Source: Bacteroidia bacterium (lineage in GTDB: Bacteria; Bacteroidota; Bacteroidia; Bacteroidales; VadinHA17). From it: a stretch of 64,000 nucleotides of DNA. The stretch spans positions 11,994-75,993 of the forward strand of contig JAPLDX010000034.1 of assembly GCA_026391215.1 (NCBI GenBank), read 5' to 3'. Numbering within the stretch: the stretch's first letter is position 1; the number at the start of each line of letters is the position of its first letter. A program made the translations under genes and the position numbers. The notes below the pieces were generated by a model. It was not told the DNA's origin, searched no databases, and saw nothing but the letters and a program-made list of their open reading frames with translations. Positions 19,438-29,367 of the stretch are shown here, one piece after another.

Positions 19438-20370
19438 TCAGGTGTTAAACTTTGCTATAGTTTTATAAACCCTGTCCTTAGTTTCTTCAGGTGTCGGATT
19501 AAGCTCTTCAGTGCGGAAATTGCCATTCTTTACATCAATTCTTTCAAAGACCATCAGGTAAAGTGTAAATATGATCTCAAGGCTCAGCTTGTATCTTGGT
19601 TCAAGCAAAGGACTTATTTTTCTGATGATCTCATAGGTCATGAGACGGTATTTGTCGGCAAGGGAATAATATTCATTAATCAGGTTTCGGAAATTACTGC
19701 TTACCGGATGTTCCCAGGCAATTTCCCTTAAATCGTGTCTTGTCAGCCTGTGTTTTGCTATCATGTCGTCAGCAAAATAATTCAGATTATTAAGCTGATC
19801 CTTCTGGAAGTCACGGATTATATGAACGAGGTAACTAAATATGGCACATGGTGTTGCGGCTTCCTTAACATTAAAAGCAGGAGGTTCATATTTTCCATCT
19901 TTTATTGTAAGTCCGTTAAGATGAACAAAGATGGAAGCAGGAGCAACAGAGGCTCCCCGTGAATAATCAAGATATGATTCCAGGGTGGGAAAACCGTCAT
20001 TGTGTATATCATAGATCATTGACCTGGCAAATGCCTCCAGAGGCCATAAAGGGATACAGAACCTGTCCATTGTCTGTATCAACTCCTTCTGAAACGGATC
20101 ATGGTTCTCCGAATCAATTAAGGTTTTCATCCATTCATTTACATTGTCAACAAAGGTTTTTCTTTCCGACGGTGCAATCATTTTATGCGCTGCCTTGTAA
20201 TTATCGATCATATCATCGATATTTCTCATGAACTTATATAAGACTTCGGCAGCCTTGTATCTGTCCTGATCCCAGAATCTTGCTGCAATAAGAATGTTCG
20301 GATGATCCTTTATCCTGTCAAACTCTATTGTATTGAAGATCCCGAGAAATTCTTCATTTTGTGATATCAT
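19438..20370 (-). CDS. Squalene/phytoene synthase family protein (divergent)
   Basis: Asp-rich LYKFMRNIDDMID and HIIRDFQKD motifs; F.T...LDYSRG; adjacent to a phytoene desaturase. Confidence 0.8.
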   Translation of the reverse strand: MISQNEEFLGIFNTIEFDRIKDHPNILIAARFWDQDRYKAAEVLYKFMRNIDDMIDNYKAAHKMIAPSERKTFVDNVNEWMKTLIDSENHDPFQKELIQTMDRFCIPLWPLEAFARSMIYDIHNDGFPTLESYLDYSRGASVAPASIFVHLNGLTIKDGKYEPPAFNVKEAATPCAIFSYLVHIIRDFQKDQLNNLNYFADDMIAKHRLTRHDLREIAWEHPVSSNFRNLINEYYSLADKYRLMTYEIIRKISPLLEPRYKLSLEIIFTLYLMVFERIDVKNGNFRTEELNPTPEETKDRVYKTIAKFNT

Positions 20371-20387
20371 TGATCAGGTCTTATTGT

Positions 20388-21887
20388 TTACTTTTTATCC
20401 TGTTTTTGTTCCTTAAAGATCCTTTCTGCTACAAGCTTTGCGGAAACAAGCACATTAGGGATTCCGTTGCCGGGGTGTGTGCTGCTTCCGACAAAATAAA
20501 GGTTATGATAGCAGTCGTGACGGTTGTGAGGCCTGAAATAACCCATCTGCATGATATTGTGACCGAGACTTCCAAATACAGAGCCCCGCGAAACATGGCA
20601 GTAGCTTTCCCAGTCTTCAGGTGTATAGCATATCTCAAATTTAATATGCTTTTCAAAATCTTTAAGTCCGAATTTTTCAAGACGCTTTATAACTGCAGTC
20701 CTGGCTTTATTCTTCAGCATATTCCAGTCCTGTTTCTTTTTTGGATCGATATGCCCTGCCCCTATAGAAACTGACAATGTATCCTGGCCGGGAGGAGCTG
20801 CCCCGGGTTCGGTCCTTGAGGGTGCATGGACATAAAATGTTGGCAGGTCATCAACAGCTTTATCGACAAAAATACTATGGAGACCGCCCTTCAGGGAATC
20901 AGAAAGAAAAACATTGTGATGATCAAGTTGTGGATAGTAGTTATCCATGCCCCAGTGAAAACAGATAACACCGCAAGAATATTTCAGCCGGTCAATATGG
21001 GCGGATTTTCTTCTGTCAGGTAACAGTTTACGGTACACATAAGGCAGATCGGCATTAGCAATAATTATACCGGCATTGACCTCTGTGCCGTCCTCAAGGG
21101 TAATACTATCAGCGTTTTTATCCCTGATATTTATTTTAGCGACAGGAGCATCAAAATGCATCTTAACTCCATATGACACCGCAGTTGAACAGAGCTTCTC
21201 AATTATTGCATACATACCTCCTTTAGGGAAAAAGGAACCTTCAATAAGCTCGGCAGCAGGTATCATTGAAAACAGGGCGGGAGAGTTAAACGGGCTCTGG
21301 CCGACATAGATATTCTGAAATGTATATGCCATCAGAAGATGAGGATGCTTAAAAAACTTTTTTGCATAAGCCCAGTTGGAAATATAGGTTTTCAGTCTTA
21401 TAAGAAGACCTATATTCTTAAAATTAATTAACTGGAAGATATTGAAGAAATTACGACCAATCAGCTTATCCAATCCTTCCTGATAGATTTCATAACCTTT
21501 TGATATGTATTTCGCTGATTTCTCGTAGCTGCCCGGATCAATTTTTTCCAGCTGCGACCTCATTCTTTCCTTGTCAGCTGTAAAAGCCAGCTCTTCACCG
21601 TCATCGAAAAATATTTTATACAGGTTTTCAAGCGGAGTTATATCACTTCCCTCTTCATACTTCATTCCGAGGGAATCAAACACCTGGCTGTACATACCCG
21701 GCATCAGGTACATTGTCGCGCCAAGATCAAAGCGGTGGCCTTCATAGATAAGCTGTCCGCAGCGCCCGCCCGGATCTGAATTTTTTTCATAAATATCAAC
21801 TGACCAACCGTTTTTTACAAGAAAAACAGCGGTGGCAATTCCACCGATTCCGGCACCTATTATAACTGCCTTCCTGCTTTCAGCCAT
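20388..21887 (-). CDS. crtI: Phytoene desaturase family protein (CrtI/CrtN)
   Basis: IIGAGIGG, EKNSDPGGR, RFDLGAT, FPKGGM, FYVHAPSRT, FRPHN, LYFVGSSTHPGNGIP. Confidence 0.88.
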   Translation of the reverse strand: MAESRKAVIIGAGIGGIATAVFLVKNGWSVDIYEKNSDPGGRCGQLIYEGHRFDLGATMYLMPGMYSQVFDSLGMKYEEGSDITPLENLYKIFFDDGEELAFTADKERMRSQLEKIDPGSYEKSAKYISKGYEIYQEGLDKLIGRNFFNIFQLINFKNIGLLIRLKTYISNWAYAKKFFKHPHLLMAYTFQNIYVGQSPFNSPALFSMIPAAELIEGSFFPKGGMYAIIEKLCSTAVSYGVKMHFDAPVAKINIRDKNADSITLEDGTEVNAGIIIANADLPYVYRKLLPDRRKSAHIDRLKYSCGVICFHWGMDNYYPQLDHHNVFLSDSLKGGLHSIFVDKAVDDLPTFYVHAPSRTEPGAAPPGQDTLSVSIGAGHIDPKKKQDWNMLKNKARTAVIKRLEKFGLKDFEKHIKFEICYTPEDWESYCHVSRGSVFGSLGHNIMQMGYFRPHNRHDCYHNLYFVGSSTHPGNGIPNVLVSAKLVAERIFKEQKQDKK

Positions 21888-21963
21888 AGAATGTTAATTT
21901 TTGTAAAAGACGTATAAAAAAAACAATTGTCCCCGGTTTCTGAGAAGTAAATTAAAATTGTTT

Positions 21964-22929
21964 TTACTTACCATGCCGTTTCATTATCTCTTTCCAGGTG
22001 GTTATGATGATATCGTTATCCTTAAAGAAACTTTTTACAACAGGATCAGAAAACAGCTGAGCATCCCATACCCGCTGCTGCCAGGAGTCTGTGATAGTTT
22101 TCAGATTATCGGTCTCCACAGAGGGATGAAAGATTATCTCAGTAATCCCCGGATTCAGGGAGTTAAGCAGCTTAAAGAAATTCTCACGTTTGTTTTCATA
22201 TGAATTACCATCAGGCACGCTGGAAAAGTTATCCAGCCGGGGCAGGGAGTACTGATTCAATAATTCAACGACCTCCGGTGTAATAGGATAACCCTGCTGT
22301 TTGAAGTTCTCAGCTATCGCCGGATCGGAAAGATCAATTGCATTTGCCGGAATATTGTATTCCTGTGCTATTTTTAAAAACACTTTAATATAGTCAATTG
22401 ATCCGTACATAGTTCCCATATGGGTATCGATATGGGAAGGAGCGTACCCCATGGCAAGCACTTTATTAATCTGAGCCCGGACCTCTGTTTCTGCTTCCTC
22501 CGCAGAAGCATGTATTATCACGTCCGGAACATCATGCCACATTTTTCCTTCCGGATCTATAAGACCGGGTACTTTTGAGGTATCAGAGACAGGCCCCCAC
22601 CGGTAATCTTTCCATTCGCTTGTCAGAGTAAGATGGACGCCGATATCTGGTGAATCCAGTGTTTTAGCCCATTCAACAAGATCACCGGAATATGGACAGG
22701 GAACCATCACGGCTGCCGATTGTATATCACCCTTTTCAAAATAATTGCGTATCGCAATATTTGCTTCATTACACATTCCGCCATCATCACAATGAAGCAG
22801 TATCACCTTCTTCCCGGCAGAAAAACCAAGCTTTTCGGCATTGGTGATTTTTTTATCTGAAGAACATGCCGTTAAAATCGCGGCCACTGCTAATGCTGAA
22901 AGAAAAAGCAAATTTTTTTTCATTTTCAT
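21964..22929 (-). CDS. ChbG/HpnK (YdjC) family deacetylase, lipoprotein
   Basis: Lipobox LTAC; LHCDDGGM, GVHLTLTSEW, HIDTHMG, EIIFHP. Confidence 0.87.
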   Translation of the reverse strand: MKMKKNLLFLSALAVAAILTACSSDKKITNAEKLGFSAGKKVILLHCDDGGMCNEANIAIRNYFEKGDIQSAAVMVPCPYSGDLVEWAKTLDSPDIGVHLTLTSEWKDYRWGPVSDTSKVPGLIDPEGKMWHDVPDVIIHASAEEAETEVRAQINKVLAMGYAPSHIDTHMGTMYGSIDYIKVFLKIAQEYNIPANAIDLSDPAIAENFKQQGYPITPEVVELLNQYSLPRLDNFSSVPDGNSYENKRENFFKLLNSLNPGITEIIFHPSVETDNLKTITDSWQQRVWDAQLFSDPVVKSFFKDNDIIITTWKEIMKRHGK

Positions 22930-22950
22930 AATAATATATATTTCAAGGTT

Positions 22951-24057
22951 TTAATTATCTTCATCAATAGGATCAGTAAGCTTTTTTATCACTCTGAACT
23001 GCTGAAAGAATTCTCTCGCGATTACCCTGAGCAGCGTATAAACCGGAACTGCAAACAACATTCCTGCCAGGCCTGCCAATCCGCCTCCAACAATAATTAC
23101 CAGGAAGATCTCCAGTGGGTGAGATTTAACGCTTTTCGAATAAATTAATGGGACAAGAATATTGTTATCGATAAAATTGATAACAACCAGGGTCCCCAAA
23201 ATTTTTAACAGTACCGGAAGCAACTCATTATATGAACCTCCGGAAAGGGTTGAAATAAGACCCAGGGTCAATCCGATTACCCCTCCTATTATAGGTCCGA
23301 TATAAGGGATTATATTCATGATCCCTGCGAAGAAACCGATAAGCAGAGCATTCTTTATGCCGAATATCCATAGTACGATGGTAATAAGCGACATTACACC
23401 AAATACTTCAAGCAATACTCCGAGATAATAGCGGATAAGCAGATTCCCGGATTCTTCAACTACCTTAATGGTCCCGGCATGGTGTTTTTCGGGAATAAAC
23501 AGGAAGAGGCTTTCCTGGAAAAGATTTTCGTCTTTCAGGAAAAAGAAGGATATAAAAAGTATCGAAAACAATCCTATAAATGCATTTCCGGCTGCGCTTA
23601 TGAATTTTCCTATTGCTGCGCCTATGCTTCCTATGCTGACAACTGATTTAAGCTTGGAAACAAGAAAATCCTGGATTGTCTGCCCGTCAGGAATTGCTCC
23701 AAGGCTATGCATTTTCTCATCAAGCCAGTGTAAGGGACCCTGCATATTCTGAGCAAGCTTATCAATATCGATCTCTGATATTGTTTGTGCCTGGTTAACA
23801 ATCAGGGGAACAAAGACAGCTATAAATCCGGCACCAACGATTACAATGATCAGCAAAGCAAGAAGGGCACTTAAAGTATGCGGCATTTTTAACTTTCTGA
23901 TATGGATTTTGTCAAAGAACCGCACCATTGGCTGGCCGATAAATGAGATCATGGCTGCAACAAGAAGCCAGATCAGAATATAATAAAAACGCCAGATCAG
24001 AAATCCGACAAGAAGTACCAGAAGAACATAACCAGTATATTTTAAAACCTGCTTCAT
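22951..24057 (-). CDS. AI-2E family transporter
   Basis: Multiple TM segments; FFFLKD, NIIPYIGP, IDNNILVP, HPL, GMLFAVP. Confidence 0.9.
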   Translation of the reverse strand: MKQVLKYTGYVLLVLLVGFLIWRFYYILIWLLVAAMISFIGQPMVRFFDKIHIRKLKMPHTLSALLALLIIVIVGAGFIAVFVPLIVNQAQTISEIDIDKLAQNMQGPLHWLDEKMHSLGAIPDGQTIQDFLVSKLKSVVSIGSIGAAIGKFISAAGNAFIGLFSILFISFFFLKDENLFQESLFLFIPEKHHAGTIKVVEESGNLLIRYYLGVLLEVFGVMSLITIVLWIFGIKNALLIGFFAGIMNIIPYIGPIIGGVIGLTLGLISTLSGGSYNELLPVLLKILGTLVVINFIDNNILVPLIYSKSVKSHPLEIFLVIIVGGGLAGLAGMLFAVPVYTLLRVIAREFFQQFRVIKKLTDPIDEDN

Positions 24058-24100
24058 TGATTTTGGGTTTTGTCAGGATATAAATTTAAGGAAATCTTTT

Positions 24101-24189
24101 TAACCACAGAGTAACACGGAATTGAAACGGAGGAACACTGTTATAAAACTCTGTGAAACTCCTTAAAACTCAGTGCAACCCCGTGGTTA
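24101..24189. repeat. Palindromic intergenic repeat (TAACCAC...GTGGTTA family), copy 1
   Basis: ~40-bp imperfect inverted arms; ACCCCGTGGTTA (24178-24189) recurs exactly at 34382-34393. Confidence 0.65.
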
Positions 24190-25383
24190 TTTTTTTGAAT
24201 TGAGGGTTTTGTATTTCAGAAAATATACCAGCATCAGTATTGCTGAAACGGCAGCTGTTGCGGCTCCGAAATAGAAAGGAACAGATGAGTTTACCTTATC
24301 ATAAAGAACACCTGCAATTAAGCTTGCCGGTAACAAAGTAATACCCAGTAATGCATTATAAATACCCAGACCAGTACCTTGTTTGTTTTTATCAATTGTA
24401 TCAGAAACAAATGCTTTCTGTATCCCATCGGTTGCGGCTGAATACAAACCATATAATGCAAACAGGGCTATAATTGTACCCACACTGCCGGTAATACCAA
24501 ACCCAAAATAAACGATTGCATAGACTAAAAATCCTGCCACGAGAATTTTTTCTTTTCCTATTTTATCAGAAAGGGAACCTATTGGAATAGCCAGTAACAC
24601 AGAAACGATGCTTGTGATCAGATAAACCAGGGGAATAAAAGCAACTTTTACGCCTACTTCATTAGCTTTTACCATTAATAATGCATCCGTAGAATTTCCC
24701 AGGGTAAAAATGAAAATTATAGCCAGAAAGAGATAATATTTCCGTGGGAAATCTTTAAAATGGAATTTTGTAAACAGACTTTCCTTGCTCTTTTTAGCCT
24801 CTTTTATGCCGAAGATAATTACGAAAATACTCAGGATTGAGGGTATTCCGGCCAGCAGAAATATAAGCCGGTAATTGTCCGGGAAGAATATTAGCAAAAT
24901 AAATGCAGCTAAAGGTCCTACTATTGCACCGCTATTGTCCATCGCTTTCTGTAAACCAAAACTTTTTCCTGTCTCTCTATTGATCACCGATCCGGCAATA
25001 AGGCTGTCACGCGGTGCGGTGCGGATACCCTTGCCAAACCTCTCTATAAAGCGCAGATATAAAACCTGCAAAGGCGAAATTACAAACGAATATAGCGGAA
25101 TAATAATAGCAGAAATCCCATATCCTATAAGTATGAATGGTTTGTTTTTGCCAATCTTATCGCTCCAGAAACCCGATAGAGTTTTTATAAGTGCGGCAGT
25201 GCTTTCCGCTATTCCTTCTATCAGTGCCAGGCTTGTCTTTGATGCGCCTAATGACATCAGGAACATGGGCATTACCGAATAGACCATCTTCACAGATGTG
25301 TCTGTAAGAAAACTGGTTAATCCGGTAAAAAGGATATTCCTGTTAAATCCGATAAATGTTCTTTCCTTTTTCTTCTCAACCAT
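24187..25383 (-). CDS. MFS transporter
   Basis: SGFWSDKIGKNKP, RFIERFGKGIRTAPRD, GSLSDKIG; likely start MVEKK at 25383, overlapping the ATPase stop. Confidence 0.9.
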   Translation of the reverse strand: MVEKKKERTFIGFNRNILFTGLTSFLTDTSVKMVYSVMPMFLMSLGASKTSLALIEGIAESTAALIKTLSGFWSDKIGKNKPFILIGYGISAIIIPLYSFVISPLQVLYLRFIERFGKGIRTAPRDSLIAGSVINRETGKSFGLQKAMDNSGAIVGPLAAFILLIFFPDNYRLIFLLAGIPSILSIFVIIFGIKEAKKSKESLFTKFHFKDFPRKYYLFLAIIFIFTLGNSTDALLMVKANEVGVKVAFIPLVYLITSIVSVLLAIPIGSLSDKIGKEKILVAGFLVYAIVYFGFGITGSVGTIIALFALYGLYSAATDGIQKAFVSDTIDKNKQGTGLGIYNALLGITLLPASLIAGVLYDKVNSSVPFYFGAATAAVSAILMLVYFLKYKTLNSKK

Positions 25384-28054
25384 TTCTTTCATCCCTGGTA
25401 GTATTGATCCTGAATAATTTAAAAATATCAACCACCACGATTGGTATAAGCGACATCAGGGCGACAATAATCCAGTGTTTCCCGTCCAGTGCTGTGAGAC
25501 TGAAAGCTTCACGCACGGGAGGTATCAGGAGAACAATCAGAGCTAATCCTGCAGATGCAAGGATTGCACCTATAAGAGGTTTGTTCCTGAACAGGCTTAT
25601 TGCAAGCGATGACCTGGTATTGTAATGCAGGTTGCGTACATGTACAAGTTGCACAAATATAAGTGTGGCAAAAGCCATAGTCTGCCCCAGCGATTCACCT
25701 CCTTCGCGCAGTCCCATAATGTAGGCGACAAGGGGTATGGCACCGATCATTACCCCCTGGTACATGATCCTCCATATCATGCCATTGGTCATAAATCCCT
25801 TTTTTGAATTACGGGGCTTCCGGTTCATAATGTTGTCTTCAGCCGGATCGACGCTTAATGCAAGCGCAGGCAGACTGTCGGTCACCAGGTTTACCCAGAG
25901 AATATGGATTGGCAGCAGAGGCGCACCAAGGTTAAATACTGAAGTAATAAGCAGCAGGAATATTTCACCGATGTTTGTGGATAGCAGAAACTGAATAGCC
26001 TTAAGGATATTATCATAAATCCGCCTTCCCTCTTCGACTGCTGAAACTATTGTTGCAAAATTGTCATCGGTGAGGATCATATCAGCAGCGCCCTTTGCCA
26101 CATCAGTTCCGACAATTCCCATTGCAGCTCCGATGTCAGCCTGCTTTAGGGCAGGAGCATCGTTTACCCCATCACCTGTCATGGCCACAACCTCGTTATG
26201 TTTCTGCCATGCTTTAATTATGCGAACCTTATGTTCAGGGGCAACTCTGGCATATACTGAATATCTGGCTACATTCTCATAGAAATCCTCATCATTGAGC
26301 TTTTCAAGTTCGGCGCCTGTAATTGCACTATCTTCATCCTTATAAATTCCAATCTCGCGGGCAATTGCCAGTGCTGTGATTTTATGGTCACCGGTTATCA
26401 TTACCGGCCTGATACCTGCTGTATTGCATTTTGAAACAGCCTCAATAACTTCAGGTCTGGCGGGATCAATCATTCCAAGCAAGCCAATGAAAATGAGCCT
26501 GTTCTCAAGTTCTCCTATATGAACATCCTGCGGTGCCTCGGGCAGATCCCTGTAAGCCATGGCCAGTACACGCAATGCCGAATTTGCCATGTTCTCATTT
26601 GCCTTTCTGATCATGTCTGTATCGTCAGAAGTAATAGGCCTTATTTCACCCTTAATAATTATCTTGTCGCACACGCTGAGTACTTCGTCAAGACCTCCTT
26701 TTACATTTATCCTTGTATTCTTATCAGATATTCTGTTGACGGTCGTCATTCGTTTTCTTCCTGAATCAAAAGGAATTTCAGCGATCCTTGGTAATCTCTT
26801 TTCAAGATCATCCTTGTAGATACCGTAAAGAATACCAAAATCAAGCAAGGCTGTTTCAGTCGGATCACCTGTATATTCAATTTTACCATTATCATTCACC
26901 CTGTACTGGGCATCAGCGCACAAAACCGATATTGAAATAAGTCTTTTTTCCTCTTCATTCAGTATGGTAGCAGGGGCCGCCCTTTTAATCACATCTTTTT
27001 TATGGTTGACATAAGCTTCAACCACTGTCATTTTGTTCTGGGTAAGAGTCCCTGTCTTATCGGAGCAGATAACTGTTGCACTTCCAAGAGTCTCAACAGA
27101 AGGTAGCGTACGGATTATTGCATTCCTTTTTACCATACGCTGAACACCAATTGCCAGGACTACGGTCGAAACAGCCGGGAGGCCCTCAGGAATTGCTGCA
27201 ACGGCAAGACTGACAGCTGTCATGAACATGCTTAAAACAGAATTGCCATAGAGCACTCCTACAAGAAAGATCACAGCACAGATTATGAGTGCTGCAATGC
27301 CCAGGACCTTTCCAAGCTGCTCCAGACGCCTGCTCATAGGCGTTTCCGTATCTGTTGCCTGTTGCAGCATATCTGCGATTTTCCCCACCTCAGTATTCAT
27401 ACCTGTTGTAACAACTACACCACGACCCCGTCCATAGGTCACCATGCCGCTCGAAAAAGCCATATTTATACGATCTCCAAGCGCAACATCATCACCCGGC
27501 AAAAGAGCTGTCTGCTTATCTACAGGTACAGATTCACCGGTCAAAGATGATTCCTGGATTTTCAGGTTGACCGCTTCTGTGAGCCTCAGATCTGCGGGAA
27601 TGATAGCCCCGGTCTCAAGAATTACAACATCACCAGGCACCAGCTCCCTGGTAGGAATCTCCATAATAACACCATTGCGTAATACCTTTGTTTCCGGAGC
27701 CGCAAGATTTTTGAGAGCCTCAAGGGATGATTCTGCCTTTCGCTCCTGGAAAGCTCCAACTAATGCATTCAGGATCAGAATGCCAAGTATAATAAATGTA
27801 TCGAGCAGGCCTTCTCCTTCCATAACACCTACAACTCCGGATATTGCCGCGGCAATCAGAAGAATTATTATCATGAAGCTTTTAAACTGGGCTATGAACA
27901 TCCGGAAGAAGCTTTTCTTCCGTTTTGAGGTCAGCTGGTTATATCCGTATTCCTCAATTCTCCTGCCTGCCTCTTCTAATGACAAACCAGTAGTCTGAGC
28001 TGTTTTAAAGCTTGCGAATATTTCGCTTATCTCCTGGTTATAGAATTTTGCCAT
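25376..28054 (-). CDS. P-type IIA (Ca2+-type) cation-transporting ATPase
   Basis: LTGES, IPEGL, CSDKTGTLT, GDPTE, MITGD, TGDGVNDAPALK, WVNLVTDSLPALAL. Confidence 0.95.
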   Translation of the reverse strand: MAKFYNQEISEIFASFKTAQTTGLSLEEAGRRIEEYGYNQLTSKRKKSFFRMFIAQFKSFMIIILLIAAAISGVVGVMEGEGLLDTFIILGILILNALVGAFQERKAESSLEALKNLAAPETKVLRNGVIMEIPTRELVPGDVVILETGAIIPADLRLTEAVNLKIQESSLTGESVPVDKQTALLPGDDVALGDRINMAFSSGMVTYGRGRGVVVTTGMNTEVGKIADMLQQATDTETPMSRRLEQLGKVLGIAALIICAVIFLVGVLYGNSVLSMFMTAVSLAVAAIPEGLPAVSTVVLAIGVQRMVKRNAIIRTLPSVETLGSATVICSDKTGTLTQNKMTVVEAYVNHKKDVIKRAAPATILNEEEKRLISISVLCADAQYRVNDNGKIEYTGDPTETALLDFGILYGIYKDDLEKRLPRIAEIPFDSGRKRMTTVNRISDKNTRINVKGGLDEVLSVCDKIIIKGEIRPITSDDTDMIRKANENMANSALRVLAMAYRDLPEAPQDVHIGELENRLIFIGLLGMIDPARPEVIEAVSKCNTAGIRPVMITGDHKITALAIAREIGIYKDEDSAITGAELEKLNDEDFYENVARYSVYARVAPEHKVRIIKAWQKHNEVVAMTGDGVNDAPALKQADIGAAMGIVGTDVAKGAADMILTDDNFATIVSAVEEGRRIYDNILKAIQFLLSTNIGEIFLLLITSVFNLGAPLLPIHILWVNLVTDSLPALALSVDPAEDNIMNRKPRNSKKGFMTNGMIWRIMYQGVMIGAIPLVAYIMGLREGGESLGQTMAFATLIFVQLVHVRNLHYNTRSSLAISLFRNKPLIGAILASAGLALIVLLIPPVREAFSLTALDGKHWIIVALMSLIPIVVVDIFKLFRINTTRDERNG

Positions 28055-28184
28055 ACGAAGATTGGTTTAAAAAATAGGCAGGCAAATATAAAATCTGCCG
28101 CAAAACTATGCAAAAAACATAGTTGGATTAATCCAATCAGAATATTTTTTGAAGGTACTAGTTTAACAATAACCAGATCCTTCT

Positions 28185-29294
28185 TTATTTACCGCTTATC
28201 AAAGCCTCTATCGTTTCTTTTGATGGTTTATTGGGAATTGTAGCCACGACCTCTCCTTTATATTCAAAAACTTCCTTATCATCAGAAGTAACTTCTCCGA
28301 TGACAGCGACATTATCGGTTTTGGTTTTTATGGCCCGCAATACTTCATCGACGAATTCCGGTGCTACATGAACCACATACCTGGCCTGTGTTTCGCATAT
28401 TAAAACTTCCTGTGCGATAATATCCTTGACCGAAACAGGCACTGCGGAAAGATTTATTCTGGCTCCAAGACCGCCGTACCTTGCTGATTCGCATATTGCG
28501 GCTCCGATCCCGGCTGCACCCAAATCAGAACAGGCTTTTATTTTTCCCGTACCAAAAGCAGCCATTGCTGCTTCCAGGGCGATCTTTTCCTCTTTGAACA
28601 AAGCAATAGCAGGGCGCATTTCTTTTACAACGCCGGCTCTGTAAAGTGTATCGTTGCCATCATTCCCTGTAACACCGATAATGATTATCTTATCGCCAGC
28701 ATTTTTTGCCGGTTTGGTAAGAGGCTTTTCAGTTACCAGCTTGCCGATTACAGAAACAACCACTGCAGGAACAATATCAGAAAACGATGTAGAGAATCCG
28801 CCTCCGACTATGAACACTTCCATTGTCTCGCACATATCCCTTAAACCTTTTACCATTATGTTCACTCTTTCCCCGCTTGTCATAACCTTGCATTTCCCGC
28901 AGGTACAATGTCCTTTAAATCCGCATGGACCTACAATGACTTCCTGATCAAGAGGTCTGGTCCCGATGAAATCGAGAAGAAAGATCGGTCGGCCGCCCAT
29001 GGCGACAACATCACGCATCGCACCTCCGGCGCCGGTTGCGGCAGCGTCATAGGGTCTGGGCACACAGGGTGAACAATGGCTTTCCATCTTGGCTACAACA
29101 AAACCTTCCATACCCGGAACCTGAAAGACCGCAGCATCATCGTTTTGTTCAGGACCTATCGTTAAAGCTCCGGGCCAGATCTTGTCAACCTGGCGATTTA
29201 ATTCCTGAAAGCCCTTGAAATCAATTACTTTGTCAATGTTATGATGCAAATGGACAAACAGTCCGTGCATCAGCGCTTTTTCTATTGTGTTCAT
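28185..29294 (-). CDS. PurM/AIR-synthase superfamily protein; stand-alone single-module PurL-like enzyme
   Basis: NDDAAV, KMESHCSP, ATGAGGAMRDVVAMGGRP, G.TG.DG, SDLGAAGI, CETQARY; only 369 aa. Confidence 0.8.
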   Translation of the reverse strand: MNTIEKALMHGLFVHLHHNIDKVIDFKGFQELNRQVDKIWPGALTIGPEQNDDAAVFQVPGMEGFVVAKMESHCSPCVPRPYDAAATGAGGAMRDVVAMGGRPIFLLDFIGTRPLDQEVIVGPCGFKGHCTCGKCKVMTSGERVNIMVKGLRDMCETMEVFIVGGGFSTSFSDIVPAVVVSVIGKLVTEKPLTKPAKNAGDKIIIIGVTGNDGNDTLYRAGVVKEMRPAIALFKEEKIALEAAMAAFGTGKIKACSDLGAAGIGAAICESARYGGLGARINLSAVPVSVKDIIAQEVLICETQARYVVHVAPEFVDEVLRAIKTKTDNVAVIGEVTSDDKEVFEYKGEVVATIPNKPSKETIEALISGK

Positions 29295-29367
29295 AATTCC
29301 TCCTTTTAATAAAAAATTTATAATTTGATTTAAATACTCTTTAATTAATCATCACAGAGATGTTAAA

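Noticed and set aside
28055-28184. Possible Mn2+ (yybP-ykoY) or other riboswitch upstream of the P-type ATPase
   Set aside because: Only a short GGCAG/CTGCC hairpin overlapping a TATATTTG box is visible; no riboswitch consensus
28185-29294. Calling this gene purL
   Set aside because: It is half the expected length, has altered catalytic motifs and has no purQ/purS context
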